A stretch of DNA of 64,000 bases from Octopus sinensis (GCF_006345805.1 NW_021832432.1:434001-498000); one strand, 5' to 3'; counted from the first letter of the stretch, positions 12,459 to 23,750 are shown. Notes: generated by a model from the letters alone, not told the origin. Numbers and translations are program-made.

Positions 12459-12835
12459 CACTTGTGTCAGAAATTAATTAACACTTCTCAAATTTCTACA
12501 TTAAATAGGTTAAATCAATTAACCTATGAGCTGTTCAAAACGTCTTACGCGATGAGAAAACTTAGTATGGTGTGATTTCGGTCCTTGCGAGGCGCTACCT
12601 ATATCTATTAAACAAAGGAAGATTTGTCTGCATCCGCACTCCAAGTTGTTGCACTGCTATGTCAACATCATAAGGCTGTAGACTCTCAAACTGCTCTGCA
12701 AACAAAGTTACGTCATCGTTCTGCGCAACAGTGAACTTGCAACAAAGCAATAGTTCGAGATATGGCCACTAGGTGACAGCACATACCTTGAGTGAAGAGC
12801 AAATCAAGGGTGCTAATTAATTTCTGACGGTATTG
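12459..12835. mobile_element. Tc1/mariner-type MITE
   Basis: TIRs cacttgtgtcagaaattaattaacac and gtgctaattaatttctgacggtattg, flanked by TA on both sides. Confidence 0.7.
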
Positions 12836-13110
12836 TACATACATATATGTATATGTATAAATAACAACAGATGGATGATGTGTCTATTCACTACAGCTGT
12901 TACCAACATTAATCAATTAAAAATTGATTAATAGAGACGTTACATCATTAAAACAAAAACGTTTCTGTCAGGTGAATACACGGTCCATCTTCATGATTCT
13001 GACTCTTGTATACAGTTTACTTTTTAACCTGACCCAGTGCCTTACCATTTAAGTGCCTGATTCACTTGAATCCTGATCTGTTATGTATGTATGTGTGTGT
13101 GTGTGTATAT

Positions 13111-13480
13111 TCTTTTACTTGTTCCAGTCATTTGACTGCGACCATTCTGGAGCACCACCTTTAGTCAAATAAATTGACCCCAGGACTTATTCTTTGTAAG
13201 CCTAGTAGTTATTCTATCAGTCTCGTTTTGCTGAACTGCTAATTTACGGGGACGTAAACACACCAGCATTGGTTGTCAAGCGATGGTGAGGGAACAAACA
13301 CACACACAAACATATACAATGGGCTTCTTTCAGTTTGCATCCACCAAATCCACTCACAAGGCTTTGGTCAGCCCGAGGGTATGGTAGAAGATACTTGCCC
13401 AAGGTGCCATGCAGTAGGACTGAACCCAGAGCCATGTGGTTGGTAAGCAAGCTACTTACCACACAGCCACTCCTGTGCCT
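13111..13480 (-). mobile_element. Family A SINE, full length
   Basis: Colinear with 8140-8577 over its whole length. Confidence 0.88.
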
Positions 13481-13496
13481 ATAATGGATAATATAG

Positions 13497-13748
13497 ATAT
13501 TAAAAATGGGAAGGGCTAGTTTATGTGATTACCTTTGGTTTCTTGTGCATAAAAGGTTTAGCTTTATGGTGTATTGTCAGATCTCAAAAACCTGTTGGCC
13601 CTCTTAAAAATATGGAAATACTTATTTCCGTATTTTTGAGAGGTGATGGGCCAACAAGCTTTGGGATCTGACGATATGCCATAAAACTAAACCCTTTATG
13701 TGCAGGAAACAAGGTAACCTCATAAACCTCCCTTCCCCATTTTTAATA
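13497..13748. repeat. ~250-bp spacer-less fold-back (palindromic MITE-like element)
   Basis: Centre ggaaata-ct-tatttcc at 13614-13629. Arms match with scattered transitions out to tattaaaaatggg / cccatttttaata. Confidence 0.85.
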
Positions 13749-14416
13749 TATATTGCTCTACGTCTTAGAGTTTGCTTCTTCTTTCAGATTTATGTTTTTT
13801 TACAAATATATGTGTGTGTGTGGGTGGGTGAAATGTAACTTGTCTTGACTGGCACAACAAGGCAGAGTGGACTATAGTAACTGTTATAAATAATTTAATT
13901 ATTCATAGTCTAATATAATATTTTGGAATATAAAAATTCCTTCCTCAAATATTGCTAGGAATTAATGGAGTCACTGTTATAATCGGTTTTCCAGTGGTTA
14001 CTGAAGTTAGTCAGAAGCATCTCTGGAGCAGTCTGATGAAGCTCCTTCGGGAATTCCTCATGAGAAGTGCATGAGGGCAGTCAATTCTCGAATTCATGTG
14101 TGTTGACATATCTGCAGTACTGCTTCCATATATATGTGTGTGTGTGTGTGGTATTGCAATCTCAGAATATGTGTATATCTAATTAATAATTTATATGTAA
14201 ATGTTAAAATTGTTCATCTCTGACGGAGGAAGTTAATGGTCTGAAAGAGTTACAATTGTGTCAGTAATGTCAATTTCTCTTTTTAACTTCATGCTGCTTT
14301 TATAATATATATATATATAAAATTTGGCTGTCTGTAATTTCATGAAACAGTAATATATGGCAAAAAGAAGGCAGTGTGAGATAGTTCAAGTTTTACCTGT
14401 GGATTTTGCATTTCAG

Positions 14417-14498
14417 CCATTGGCATACTGGTGTTTCCAATCTTACATGGAATCTGTGAAAGAAGAATTTAAAGAAGATGGATTAGTTCGGAAGATGG
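14417..14498 (+). CDS. TBC domain protein, exon
   Basis: tttcag acceptor, gtaagt donor. PLAYWCFQSYMESVKEEFKEDGLVRKM(D) matches the TBC E..A(F/Y)WCF..M motif. 82 nt, phase 0 to 1. Confidence 0.92.
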
Positions 14499-14573
14499 GT
14501 AAGTTTAGAAAAACTTATACAGTGAATTCAAAGTAACAAAGTATAACCGTATATAAACTTCAGTAAAAATATA

Positions 14574-14980
14574 GGGGCAGGAGTGGCTGTGTTGTAAGTA
14601 TATAGGCGCAGGAGTGGCTATACCAACCACATGGTTCCGGGTTCAGTCCCACTACGTGGCACCTTGGGGAAGTGTCTTCTACTATAGCCTCAGGCTGACC
14701 AAAGCCTTGTGAGTGGATTTGGTAGACGGAAATTGAAAGAAGCCCGTTGTATATATGTATATGTATATATATGTGTGTGTTTGTGTTTGTCCCCCCAACA
14801 TCACTTGACAACCAATGCTGGTGTGTTTACGTCCCCGTAACTTAGCGGTTCGGCAAAAGAGACCGATAGAATAAGTACTGGGCTTACAAAGAATAAGTCC
14901 TGGGGGGGCGATTTGGTCGACTAAAGGCAGTGCTCCAGTGCGGCCACAGCCAAATCACTGAAACAAGTAAAAGAGTAAAA
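14574..14980 (+). mobile_element. Family A SINE, full length, with duplicated 5' head
   Basis: ggggcaggagtggctg.. at 14574 and again ggcgcaggagtggct at 14604. The rest is colinear with family A. Confidence 0.88.
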
Positions 14981-15106
14981 CATCAATTACAGCACCTCTT
15001 GTCTTGACCTTTTAGCATTCAGTTTACTCTTTCAGAATGTAATGCTTCACATTGTTTTGAATTAATCCTTCGTCATCTTGTAGTAGCTTCGAGATTTCAG
15101 TGATAT

Positions 15107-15495
15107 ACTCTTTTACTTATTTCAGTCATTTAACTGGCCATGCTGGAGCACTGCCTTGATAGGTTTTTTTTTAGTCGAAAGAATCAACCCCGGTACTTAT
15201 TCCTTTTTTTTAAGCCTGATACTTATTCTATTGGTCTTTTTTGCCCAACTGATAAGTTATGGGGATGTAAACACCAGCGCTGGTTGTCATGTGGTGATGG
15301 GTGGGTGGGGGGACAAACAATGACACACACATATATATGATGGGCTTCTTTCAGTTTCCGTCTACCAAATCCACTCACAAGAATTTGGTCAGCTTGAGGT
15401 TATAGTAGAAGACACTTGATCAAGGTGCCACGCAGTGGGACTGAACCTGAAACCATGTGGTTGGGAAGCAAGCTTCTCACCACACATCCATGCCT
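15107..15495 (-). mobile_element. Family A SINE, full length
   Basis: Colinear with family A and inverted relative to 14574-14980. Confidence 0.85.
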
Positions 15496-16039
15496 TGTTT
15501 ATTTTTAAATTACATTGTAGAATAGGTTTGAGAGGCCAGGTCTGTCCAGGTTCACCATGAAACAGGAAGATATGGTTAGTTTAAATGCTAATAGGTTAAT
15601 AGATGCTTTGAGTATATAGATGATAGAAAAATGAATAAACCTCGCTTGCAGTAGGAATTTAATTCTACAGTATGTTGTTACTTTTTTAGTTCCTGATTAG
15701 CATTGGCTGAATAAACCTATGATCAAATCATTCCAACTGTGACTATCCAATTTTTTTGTATATCTATGACAGTAGTGTCATTTTGTTTTCAAGACTGTAG
15801 AATATGATATGAGAAAAATCTGGCTGCTATTTCTAGCAGGTTGAACAACTACTGATAGGATTGTTTTTGTTTTCCACACTATAAATAGAAGGGGTGAATT
15901 ATCCATAGGCCATAAGTATTCAGTAAAGGCATGTGACCTAGTGATTAAGGGTGTTTCACTCATGGTTTCAATTCTTGGACTGAGAGGTATGTTGTGTTCT
16001 TGAGCAAAATACTTCGTTTCACTCAGCTTCAGTCTTCTC

Positions 16040-16520
16040 AGCTATCATATCCTGAACGCCTTACTTCCCTGGGCATGGACACATTGAAACTCCGACATCT
16101 GGCTGCTGACTTGGCAGACACCCATAAAATTATCAACCATCGTACAAACAATAACTCTGAGCACCTTTTCAAACTCCACCCATCTAACACCCGTGGACAT
16201 ATTTACAAAGTAAGAAAACAGCACAGCTCCCATGACTTCAGGAAACATTTTTTCACGCTGAGAGTTGCTGAAGCATGGAACAAACTGCCGGCATCAGTTG
16301 TTAGTTGTCGGAGCACTGCATCCTTCAAAACTTCCATGCTTCCTGAGATTCGCCAACACTACACTTGATTTTCTCCCCTCCATACACACACAAGCATGTA
16401 TCTGACTCATACATTGTTTGCTTTCCAGACATTTCTACATTACTGCATGTACTTTATATGCACTTTCTGACAAGTTGTGGTGCACCTGAGCACTGTATAC
16501 AATAATTTCATTATTATTTT
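16040..16520 (+). mobile_element. CR1-type LINE 3' fragment
   Basis: YPERLTSLGMDTLKLR.LAADL..THKIIN..SNTRGHIYKVRK..RKHFFTLRVAEAWNKLP. Same family as 5776-6625. Confidence 0.9.
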
Positions 16521-17014
16521 ATTATAAATGAGTAATCTTGCAATAGACTGGTGTCCCATTCAGTGGAAGTGTTGTGATCTTAGTCACTTGTATGCCATGG
16601 AAACAAGGCAGTATTGTCCTGGAGATGATGATGATGATGGGTGTTCAGTTCAAATTCACTGTAGACATTATTAAAATTTGCACTGTACCAACTATCCAGC
16701 TGTGGAGAATTGACCCAAAATTTTCTGGAAAGCTTGCCTGTTATTAAGTAACACCCTGTCTAGGAGAATATTTGTATTTCATTTACATAAAATAAATTTA
16801 AAAACACAAAAAATCATTGGCAGAATTCTGCTTTAAGTACACCATTAACCCCTCACAACTGTTTTTATTTTTTTTGAATTTTCAGAAAATATTTGCAAAT
16901 TTGTATTCTACATATGATGATGCAAAAACCAAACAAAAAGAAAAATTTGGTGTGGGATTTAAGGGCTGTTTAGCTGGTTCTGTTTTTTAGCACATCTCAA
17001 AAGCAGCGCCTTGT

Positions 17015-17231
17015 TTATATTATTTACATTCAACGGATATTTGTCCTCATCTTATTTGTTGTTAACACAGCGTTTTGGCTGATATACCCTCCAGCCTTCA
17101 TCAGGTGTCTTGGGGAAATTTTGAACCTGAGTTCTCATTCTTAAAGTATTTTTCGATGTTATTATTATTATTCAGGTCACTGCCTGGAATCGAACTTAGA
17201 ATCTTGGGGTTAGTAGCCCACGCTCTTAACC
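17015..17231 (-). mobile_element. Short element with tRNA-like head and hammerhead-like 3' region
   Basis: Minus strand reads GGTTAAGAGC..GGG CTACTAA CCC..AGTTCGATTCC (D-arm end, anticodon-like loop, B box), then an (AAT)n linker, then GACAC CTGATGA A GGCTG(10)CAGCC AAAA CGCT GTGTT. Confidence 0.6.
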
Positions 17232-17428
17232 TCGTTTGTTCATCAGTCTGACATATCTTTCTCTCCATAAACTCATTTAATGGTCTGTTGCTGGGATTTA
17301 AGCCAAAAAATTTTGACTGTGCATATTTTAAAGCATGATTTAAGAAAAATATTTGAAATTTCTTTTTACAAGTTAAAAGATGTAAAAAAATTTTTTTTAA
17401 TTTTTTTCATAGTCATGTTATTTCCCAT

Positions 17429-17814
17429 AATGGAAGCACTCCATCGGTTATGACAATGAGAGTTGCGGTTGATCTGACCAACGGAACAGCCTGCTCGTGA
17501 AATTAACGTGTAAGTGGCTGAGCACTCCACAGACACGTGTACCCTCAACGTAGTTCTCGGGGATATTCAGCGTGACACAGAGAGTGACAAGGCCGGCCCT
17601 TTGAAATACAGGTACAACAGAAACAGGAAGAAAGAGTGAGAGAAAGTCGTGGTGAAAGAGTACAGCAGGGATCACCACCATCCCTGCCGGAGCCTCGTGG
17701 AGCTTTAGGTGTTTTCGCTCAATAAACACTCACAACGCCCGGTCTGGGAATCGAAACCGCGATCCTACGACCACGAGTCCGCTGCCCTAACCACTGGGCC
17801 ATTGCGCCTCCACA
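17429..17814 (-). mobile_element. tRNA-derived SINE (family B), young, with TSD
   Basis: 11-bp TSD ttatttcccat (17418-17428 and 17815-17825). Head GTGGAGGCGCAATGGCCCAGTGGTTAGGGCAGCGGACTCG..GGTTTCGATTCCC. Confidence 0.92.
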
Positions 17815-18436
17815 TTATTTCCCATGTGTAGAATACAAAGGCACAAAACTTTTCTGAAAATTCCCAAAAATAAATAAGTTATAAGCGGTTATATGGTGTG
17901 CTTAAAGCAAAATTCCACCAAAAATCTGAATAAAGTAAAATAAAACTGAACTTAAATCATAAAAGGCTAACTTCAGTTAATTTACTATAAATGACACAAC
18001 ATGTTGAATGGAATAAGTTTCACCATTTGGTTTGTACAGTTTTGATACCTACCTGCCTAAACCTACCTCAGATTCTACAATACAAAACCTCCTATCTTAA
18101 GAGGTTCTGATCTAAATTAAAACCTTCTAAATGGACAGAGTCAACATCCATTGATAAGGCTGCAAAAGCAACAAAACTTTTGGGAAAAAATAATATATTA
18201 TAAACAATTTTTAAACATTGAATGGCTGTGGTGGTCCACCAGAATAAAATAGCAATCAAAGGAGTCCATAGGTAAAAAGTGGTTGAGGACTCCTGATATA
18301 GAGTAACAAGTGCAGTTTGTGGCAAAACCTTATATAAAAGAACCGTAACAGTGCATAGTAACACTAAATATTAAAATGCTAATACTTTATATATGAATTG
18401 GCTTGAGCTGTGCAATGTGTGAATATTTCATTACAG

Positions 18437-18524
18437 ATAAAGTGCAACAGTTACTGAATGAAGTTGATGCAGAGGTCCGTCGTCACCTGACAGAATATCA
18501 ACTCAGTATGGTCTGTTGTCAAAG
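18437..18524 (+). CDS. TBC domain protein, exon
   Basis: ttacag acceptor, gtaaat donor. (D)KVQQLLNEVDAEVRRHLTEYQLSMVCCQ(R) fits the L..LL...D..L..HL pattern of TBC domains. 88 nt, phase 1 to 2. Confidence 0.92.
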
Positions 18525-18575
18525 GTAAATTAACAAAGTAACACAGTTATTCTTTTGTGTTTTCTCGTAACTGTA

Positions 18576-18998
18576 CAAGGGGGTGCTGTAAAGTTCCTGG
18601 CTTTGGGTAAAAGAAAATACAGGAGGATCAGTTAACCCTTTAGCATTCAAACCGGCCATATCCAGCCAAAATATTTAACCTGTTTTATATTGAAACTGAC
18701 CAGAGCTCGCCTCTCACCTCAGCCCTACCATGTCATTCTAAAACTGAAAAATTACATCACTGAAATCTCTAAACTACAAGATAATGCAGGATTAATTCAA
18801 ACCATTTTCAATAAACAAACATCACATTTGACAGAACAATCTGAACACTAAAGGGTTAATCATGATTTTATTCAGCATATTCTCCTCTCAAATTCACACA
18901 CTTATTGCAGCAGTCCTTTTTGTCTAAGCCTTTTAAAAGAACTCCAACCAGGTCTTTCATGATACCCTTAAAGTCAGGAACTTTTCAGCATCCCCTTG
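18576..18998. mobile_element. Non-autonomous mariner derivative carrying a nested MITE
   Basis: TIRs caagggggtgctgtaaagttcctgg and caggaacttttcagcatccccttg with TA flanks. Interior matches the mariner 3' end at 20480-20665. Confidence 0.75.
18636..18855. mobile_element. piggyBac-type MITE
   Basis: TTAA on both sides, TIR ccctttag / ctaaaggg, 220 bp. Confidence 0.82.
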
Positions 18999-19249
18999 TA
19001 TGTGTTGTTGTTCTTTAGATCCAAAATTAGCCCTCATTAAGCAGGCTGTAACTTCCCAGTCTTATTTTTTAGACACAATATCAGTATATTTATGATTGCA
19101 TAATCCAATGTATTCTTCCTTTAAAAGGCAACAAGATGTGATTTCAGAGAGATTTTACTGTTACTTCTAATAGCATTAGCAGCCATATAGAAGCTTCCCC
19201 ATTGGTTCATGTTTGTATATCTTTAATTAATTGCCTTTACATATGTATG

Positions 19250-19570
19250 CATGAAGGCACATGGCTCAGTGGTTAGAGCATCAGGCTCACAATCATGAAG
19301 TAGTGAGTTTGATTCCCAGACTAGGCTGTGTGTTGTTTTCTTCAACAAGACACTTTATTTCCTGTTGCGCCAGTTCTCTCATCTGTAAAAATGAATTGTG
19401 ATATCACTGGTGCCAAGCTGTATCAGCCTTTGCCTTTCCCTTGGATAACATTGGTGGCATGGAGATGGAGGTTGGTATATATGGGTGACTGCTGGTTTTC
19501 CATAAACAACCTTGCCTGGACTTGTGTCTTGGAGGGTAACTTTGTAGGTGCAATCCCATAGTTATTCATG
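19250..19570 (+). mobile_element. tRNA-derived SINE with CORE-like domain
   Basis: tggctcagtggttagagc..gagtttgattccc head followed by caagacactttattt..cagttctctcatctgtaaaaatg, resembling the CORE-SINE motif. Confidence 0.6.
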
Positions 19571-19789
19571 ACCAAAAGGGGTCTTTTTTACATGTGTATG
19601 TGTAAATGTCTGTTTATAGTATCTGATTAAGTAAATGTTTATATTTACAAATTCACATGAATTGCATATGAAAATATTTGTATATAAATATCTAATTTAT
19701 ATCTTAAGGGTTGTCCCAAAACTAATATAAAAATGGGCATAGCTTTATCAACAGACATAGGTCATTCAAATTGCAGTGTTAGTAGAGTA

Positions 19790-20665
19790 ACACGTTTTCT
19801 ATACAAAGATGCTACTTGACATAGATGACATCACAAGTGATGAATTCTAGCCATCATTGAACCCAATTCTCAAATCCTATTTGAAAAAATTCAGGTGTGT
19901 GCTATTGTACCCACCACTTTACAGCCAATTTTACCTTGACTGTGTCATTGTTACTGAAGACTGGACTGAACAGATAGAAGTCGGAGGGCGTTAGATCTGG
20001 ACTGTATGATACCACTGGTCAGCCCAGTTTTCTGATTGCCTGATTTGTTGCCAAAAGATGTGTATGGTCATATATTGTCATGGTGAATGTGGATTGTTTT
20101 CAGACTCTTGTTGGTTTCTCTAAGTTTTTTGAGTGTTTCAATATACCACTCATTGTTTACATTTGAGAAAATATGAAGAATGATTTTGTCATTCTCTGAA
20201 ACAGTTGCCATGACTTTTTGCAATGATAGCTGACTCCTGAACTTCTTAGGCTCCATGAATTGAGACTTATTTCCAGATCATGAAGATATGCCTACATTTC
20301 ATCCCTGGGTTGATAAAGAAAAAATCAAAAAAAAAAAAAGTGTCTTCTTTGGCTTCCAGCACTTTTTGCAGATCAAAGCAGACTTCCACCCTTCACTCCT
20401 TCAAATCAGGTGTTAACTGTCAAGGTACCCACATTGCACATATTTCTAATACCCAAGCACTTGCACCATCTTTTCCTTGCTGGGTATCACAAAAGGCCTG
20501 GTTGGAGGCCCAACCTTCCGAGTTCTTTTACAAGGCTTAGAAAAACTGAAGGACCACTGCAATAAGTGTGTGAATCTGAGAGTGGAACATGTTGAATAAA
20601 ATCATAATTAACTGATCCTCCTGTATTTTCTTTCAACCAAACCCAGGAACTTTCAGCACCCCTTA
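19790..20665. mobile_element. Degenerate mariner transposase remnants in opposite orientations
   Basis: Minus strand 19790-20470: ICAMWVP*QLTP, PKKFR..KVMATV, HHDN, YSPDLTPSDFYLF. Plus strand 20480-20665: KAWLEAQPSEFF..LEKLKDHCNKCVNL..VE* plus a TIR. Confidence 0.78.
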
Positions 20666-20798
20666 ATTATCTTTCCATTTTCAAATGCCCTGTGTTCTTT
20701 CCCTCTCTATTTTGGTGTAATTCCCCCCCTCTCTCTCTCTCTCTCTCTCTCATAATTGTGGAAAGAAATAAACACTTTACCTGTCTTATTTTCCTCAG

Positions 20799-20947
20799 GT
20801 GGCTTGTGGTTGGCTTCAAGAGAGAATTTGATTTGGAGGACTCACTAAAGTGCTTTGAAATCATCAACAGTCGTCATTTAGAACTGACAGCTGTTGAAAC
20901 AGAATTGATACGTAGGAAAGACTGTAAATTTGATTCTGATGACTTTG
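20799..20947 (+). CDS. TBC domain protein, exon
   Basis: ttcctcag acceptor, gtaagt donor. (R)WLVVGFKREFDLEDSLKCFEIINSRHLELTAVETELIRRKDCKFDSDDF contains the RWLL..FKREF signature. 149 nt, phase 2 to 1. Confidence 0.94.
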
Positions 20948-22940
20948 GTAAGTTTGCTGTTTTCAGGAACTCTTGACTCCACTCTCTTGTAGTGTCTTCT
21001 TTCTGTTCTAGAGAAAATAAGATTGATAGAAGCCCATGTTATCCTACCAGCTAAATGCTTTTGAGAAAATTTTAAACACTGAAACAGAGGGCTTATATAT
21101 GCAATGTCTAGACGTAACATGTATAACACTAAGTAACACAATTTTTGTTCTTGGGTAGCAACTGTTTATTTCCTATGAAAAATGGCTAATATTTCCGTCA
21201 AACTTTGTTTTTGTTACATTTATTCAATCCCCAAAGAATCCCTCCCAACATGCGGCTATGATGCTCCCCAACTATTCCTGCTCGTGATTAAAGATGCGCA
21301 TATTATTAGCCACTAAGGGACATGTTCAAGTGGTTAAGGTCAAGCAACTGACCAGCAAGTCTGTGGTACTGAGCAGAATATTTGCTAAAATGATATTTCT
21401 GCTTCAGCAACTCAGCTCTGAATCTGTCTGAAATGTAATGGAAAATAGGTCAGATTCAAAACATTGATATCCAGGTCAGAAAAGCAAAGTTTGAAGGGAA
21501 TAGTAGTCATTTCCTTTGATTTCTAAATAGAAGCAAATAAGAAATAACATTTACTGACCAAAGACAATAAAGGAAAAAAAATTTGTTACACAGTATAAGG
21601 TGTCCCCTCTTACATTACATACATAAAGTATAAAGTAAGAGAGCTTACATTATAATGTAATCTAATGTTATCTATAAAGGCAGTGAGGTGGCAGAATCAT
21701 TAATGTGTCAGACAAAGTGGTTTGTGGTAATTCTTTCTGGTTCTGTACATCCTAAGTCCAAATGCTGCTGAAATTGACTTTGCCTTTCATTGTTTTGAAA
21801 TCACTGAAGTTGATGTAATCAATTTTTCCCCCATCTCTTTAAAATTGCTGGCTTTGTGCCAAAATTAGAAAGAATTATTATGTAATGTATAAATGACTGA
21901 TGGAGTCTCCTAAACATTACATTACACATGTAATGTCTAGAGAGACTCTACTAGTCAAGGTTAGCTATATATTTGTACTTGTATGTGTAGGTCTGGGCAA
22001 GGTTTAAAAAAAAATTTTTTTTCGTGTGAAACACTGGTGGTTGTCCATGCATACAAGTCACCCTTCTCTATACCACTGATGTTGTTTAAGGGATAGGTTT
22101 AGGGTTGATATATTGGCATCAGTTTCATTGCAAGTGTTGATATCACAACACAAGGAACTAGAACAGGTATAACAAGGCATATCGTCTGATGCTCTCACAG
22201 CTCTACTAATCCATTGCTCTTGATTGGTACTTGCTTTACTGATCCTGAAAGGATAAAGGGCAAATTGACCTGGGTAGGATTTGAACATGGTGAGCATGTA
22301 GTTGGAAACCATACCACTCTGTACAATACTCTGATAACTCTTTCTTACATGCAATGCGATGCAAATAAATTCAAAGACCTAGTCTTTAGTGATATAGCAG
22401 CATTAATAAGTGCTTATAGATTAACTATTTTGAAATCATGAATAATGAGAAGACTGAATATAATAATTTAATAACTCCAATTAAAGAATTTTGTATTGTA
22501 GTGTACCTAAGTTAGATTGGCAAGGCCTACTGTATTTTCCAGCATACAAGTTGACAATATATAGTGTAAACATGTAGTGTAAGCACTGAAGCATCTTTCC
22601 AAATCCTGTTGTATTTCACCAGGAATTTTTGATCTTTCAAAGTCAACTTGGTGTATAAACTGACTTAGCATTTTTAGTTGTAAATTTTGGTCTGAAAAAT
22701 TCAACTTGTGTATCAGAAAATAAGGTATTTCTCTCAAAGCCACATACATAGTATATAAGTTCAAGTCTGATGCCTGCCAAACATGCTTTGGTATTTCCAG
22801 CAGAGATTTGTGCTATCCAATATCTATATTGAAGTGAATGAAATCATCTGACAGTTAAGTGTGGCTCTTACATCATTTATGGTAACATAAGTGCAGCTGA
22901 CAAAGTAAAAACCTCTAAGTAAATGGTTATAGTTAATTAA

Positions 22941-23132
22941 CTCTTTAGCATTTAAATCAGCTATATCAGGCTCAGGCCCAGATATTCTACATTCTTTACC
23001 GTACAATGTCCTTCTAAAACTAAACAATTTACATCATCAAAATCTGAAAGCTTCATGGTAATGTAGGATTAGTTCAAAACGACGTGAATAAATAAGCATT
23101 ACATTTGATAAAGTAATCTGAATGCTAAAGCG
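22941..23132. mobile_element. piggyBac-type MITE
   Basis: TTAA flanks, ends ctctttagcatt / aatgctaaagcg. Same family as 18636-18855. Confidence 0.72.
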
Positions 23133-23155
23133 TTAAATTCTTATTTTCATTGCAG

Positions 23156-23297
23156 GAGGTACTCTACGAATGGTGTCTTCGATGGATAAGCCACCATACT
23201 CATTTGACATCTTCATGTGTGCTGCTCTTTTACTTGAATTGCGAGAGGAAATATTTAACTGGACGTCATTAGAAGATATATATGTTGGAATGAATAG
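23156..23297 (+). CDS. TBC domain protein, exon
   Basis: ttgcag acceptor, gtcagt donor. (G)GTLRMVSSMDKPPYSFDIFMCAALLLELREEIFNWTSLEDIYVGMN(S) matches the F..F.C.A.L...R..I C-terminal TBC helix. 142 nt, phase 1 to 2. Confidence 0.92.
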
Positions 23298-23427
23298 GTC
23301 AGTCAGTTTTTAAATCACATCTCACAGTGATGTATTTGAATTTTGAAAACCTGCCCAACTCTTGTCAGTATGGAGAAAGGCTATTAAAAAGATATTAAAA
23401 AAAAGAGCAATTTAAAAAGCTAGAGTA

Positions 23428-23750
23428 GGTGCAAGTGTGGCTGTGTGGTAAGAAGCTTGCTTCCCAACCACATGGTTCTGACTTCAGTCCCACTGTGTGG
23501 CACTTTGGGCAAGTGTCTTCTATTATAGCCTTGGGCCAAATAAAGCCTTGTGATGGATTTGGTAGACAAAATGTGAAATAAGCCCATCATATTTTTGTAT
23601 GTATATGTGTGTGTGTGTGTGTGTGTATGTGTGCTTGAGTGTCTGTGTTTGTCCCCCCACCACCATTTGATAACTGGAATTGGTATGTTTACATCCCCAT
23701 AACTTAGCAGTTCAGCAAAATAGATCGATAGAATAAGTACCAGACTTAAG
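23428..23750 (+). mobile_element. Family A SINE, 3'-truncated
   Basis: Head ggtgcaagtgtggctgtgtggtaagaagcttgcttcccaaccacatggttc and family A body. Confidence 0.8.

Noticed and set aside
14032-14095. CTGATGA followed by TCC-TTCG-GGA hairpin
   Set aside because: No GAAA or stem III/I follows, so it is not a hammerhead.
17740-17813. tRNA-like cloverleaf (also 41995-42071, 51940-52013)
   Set aside because: These are SINE heads followed by a SINE body and TSDs, with no proper acceptor stem. They are not tRNA genes.
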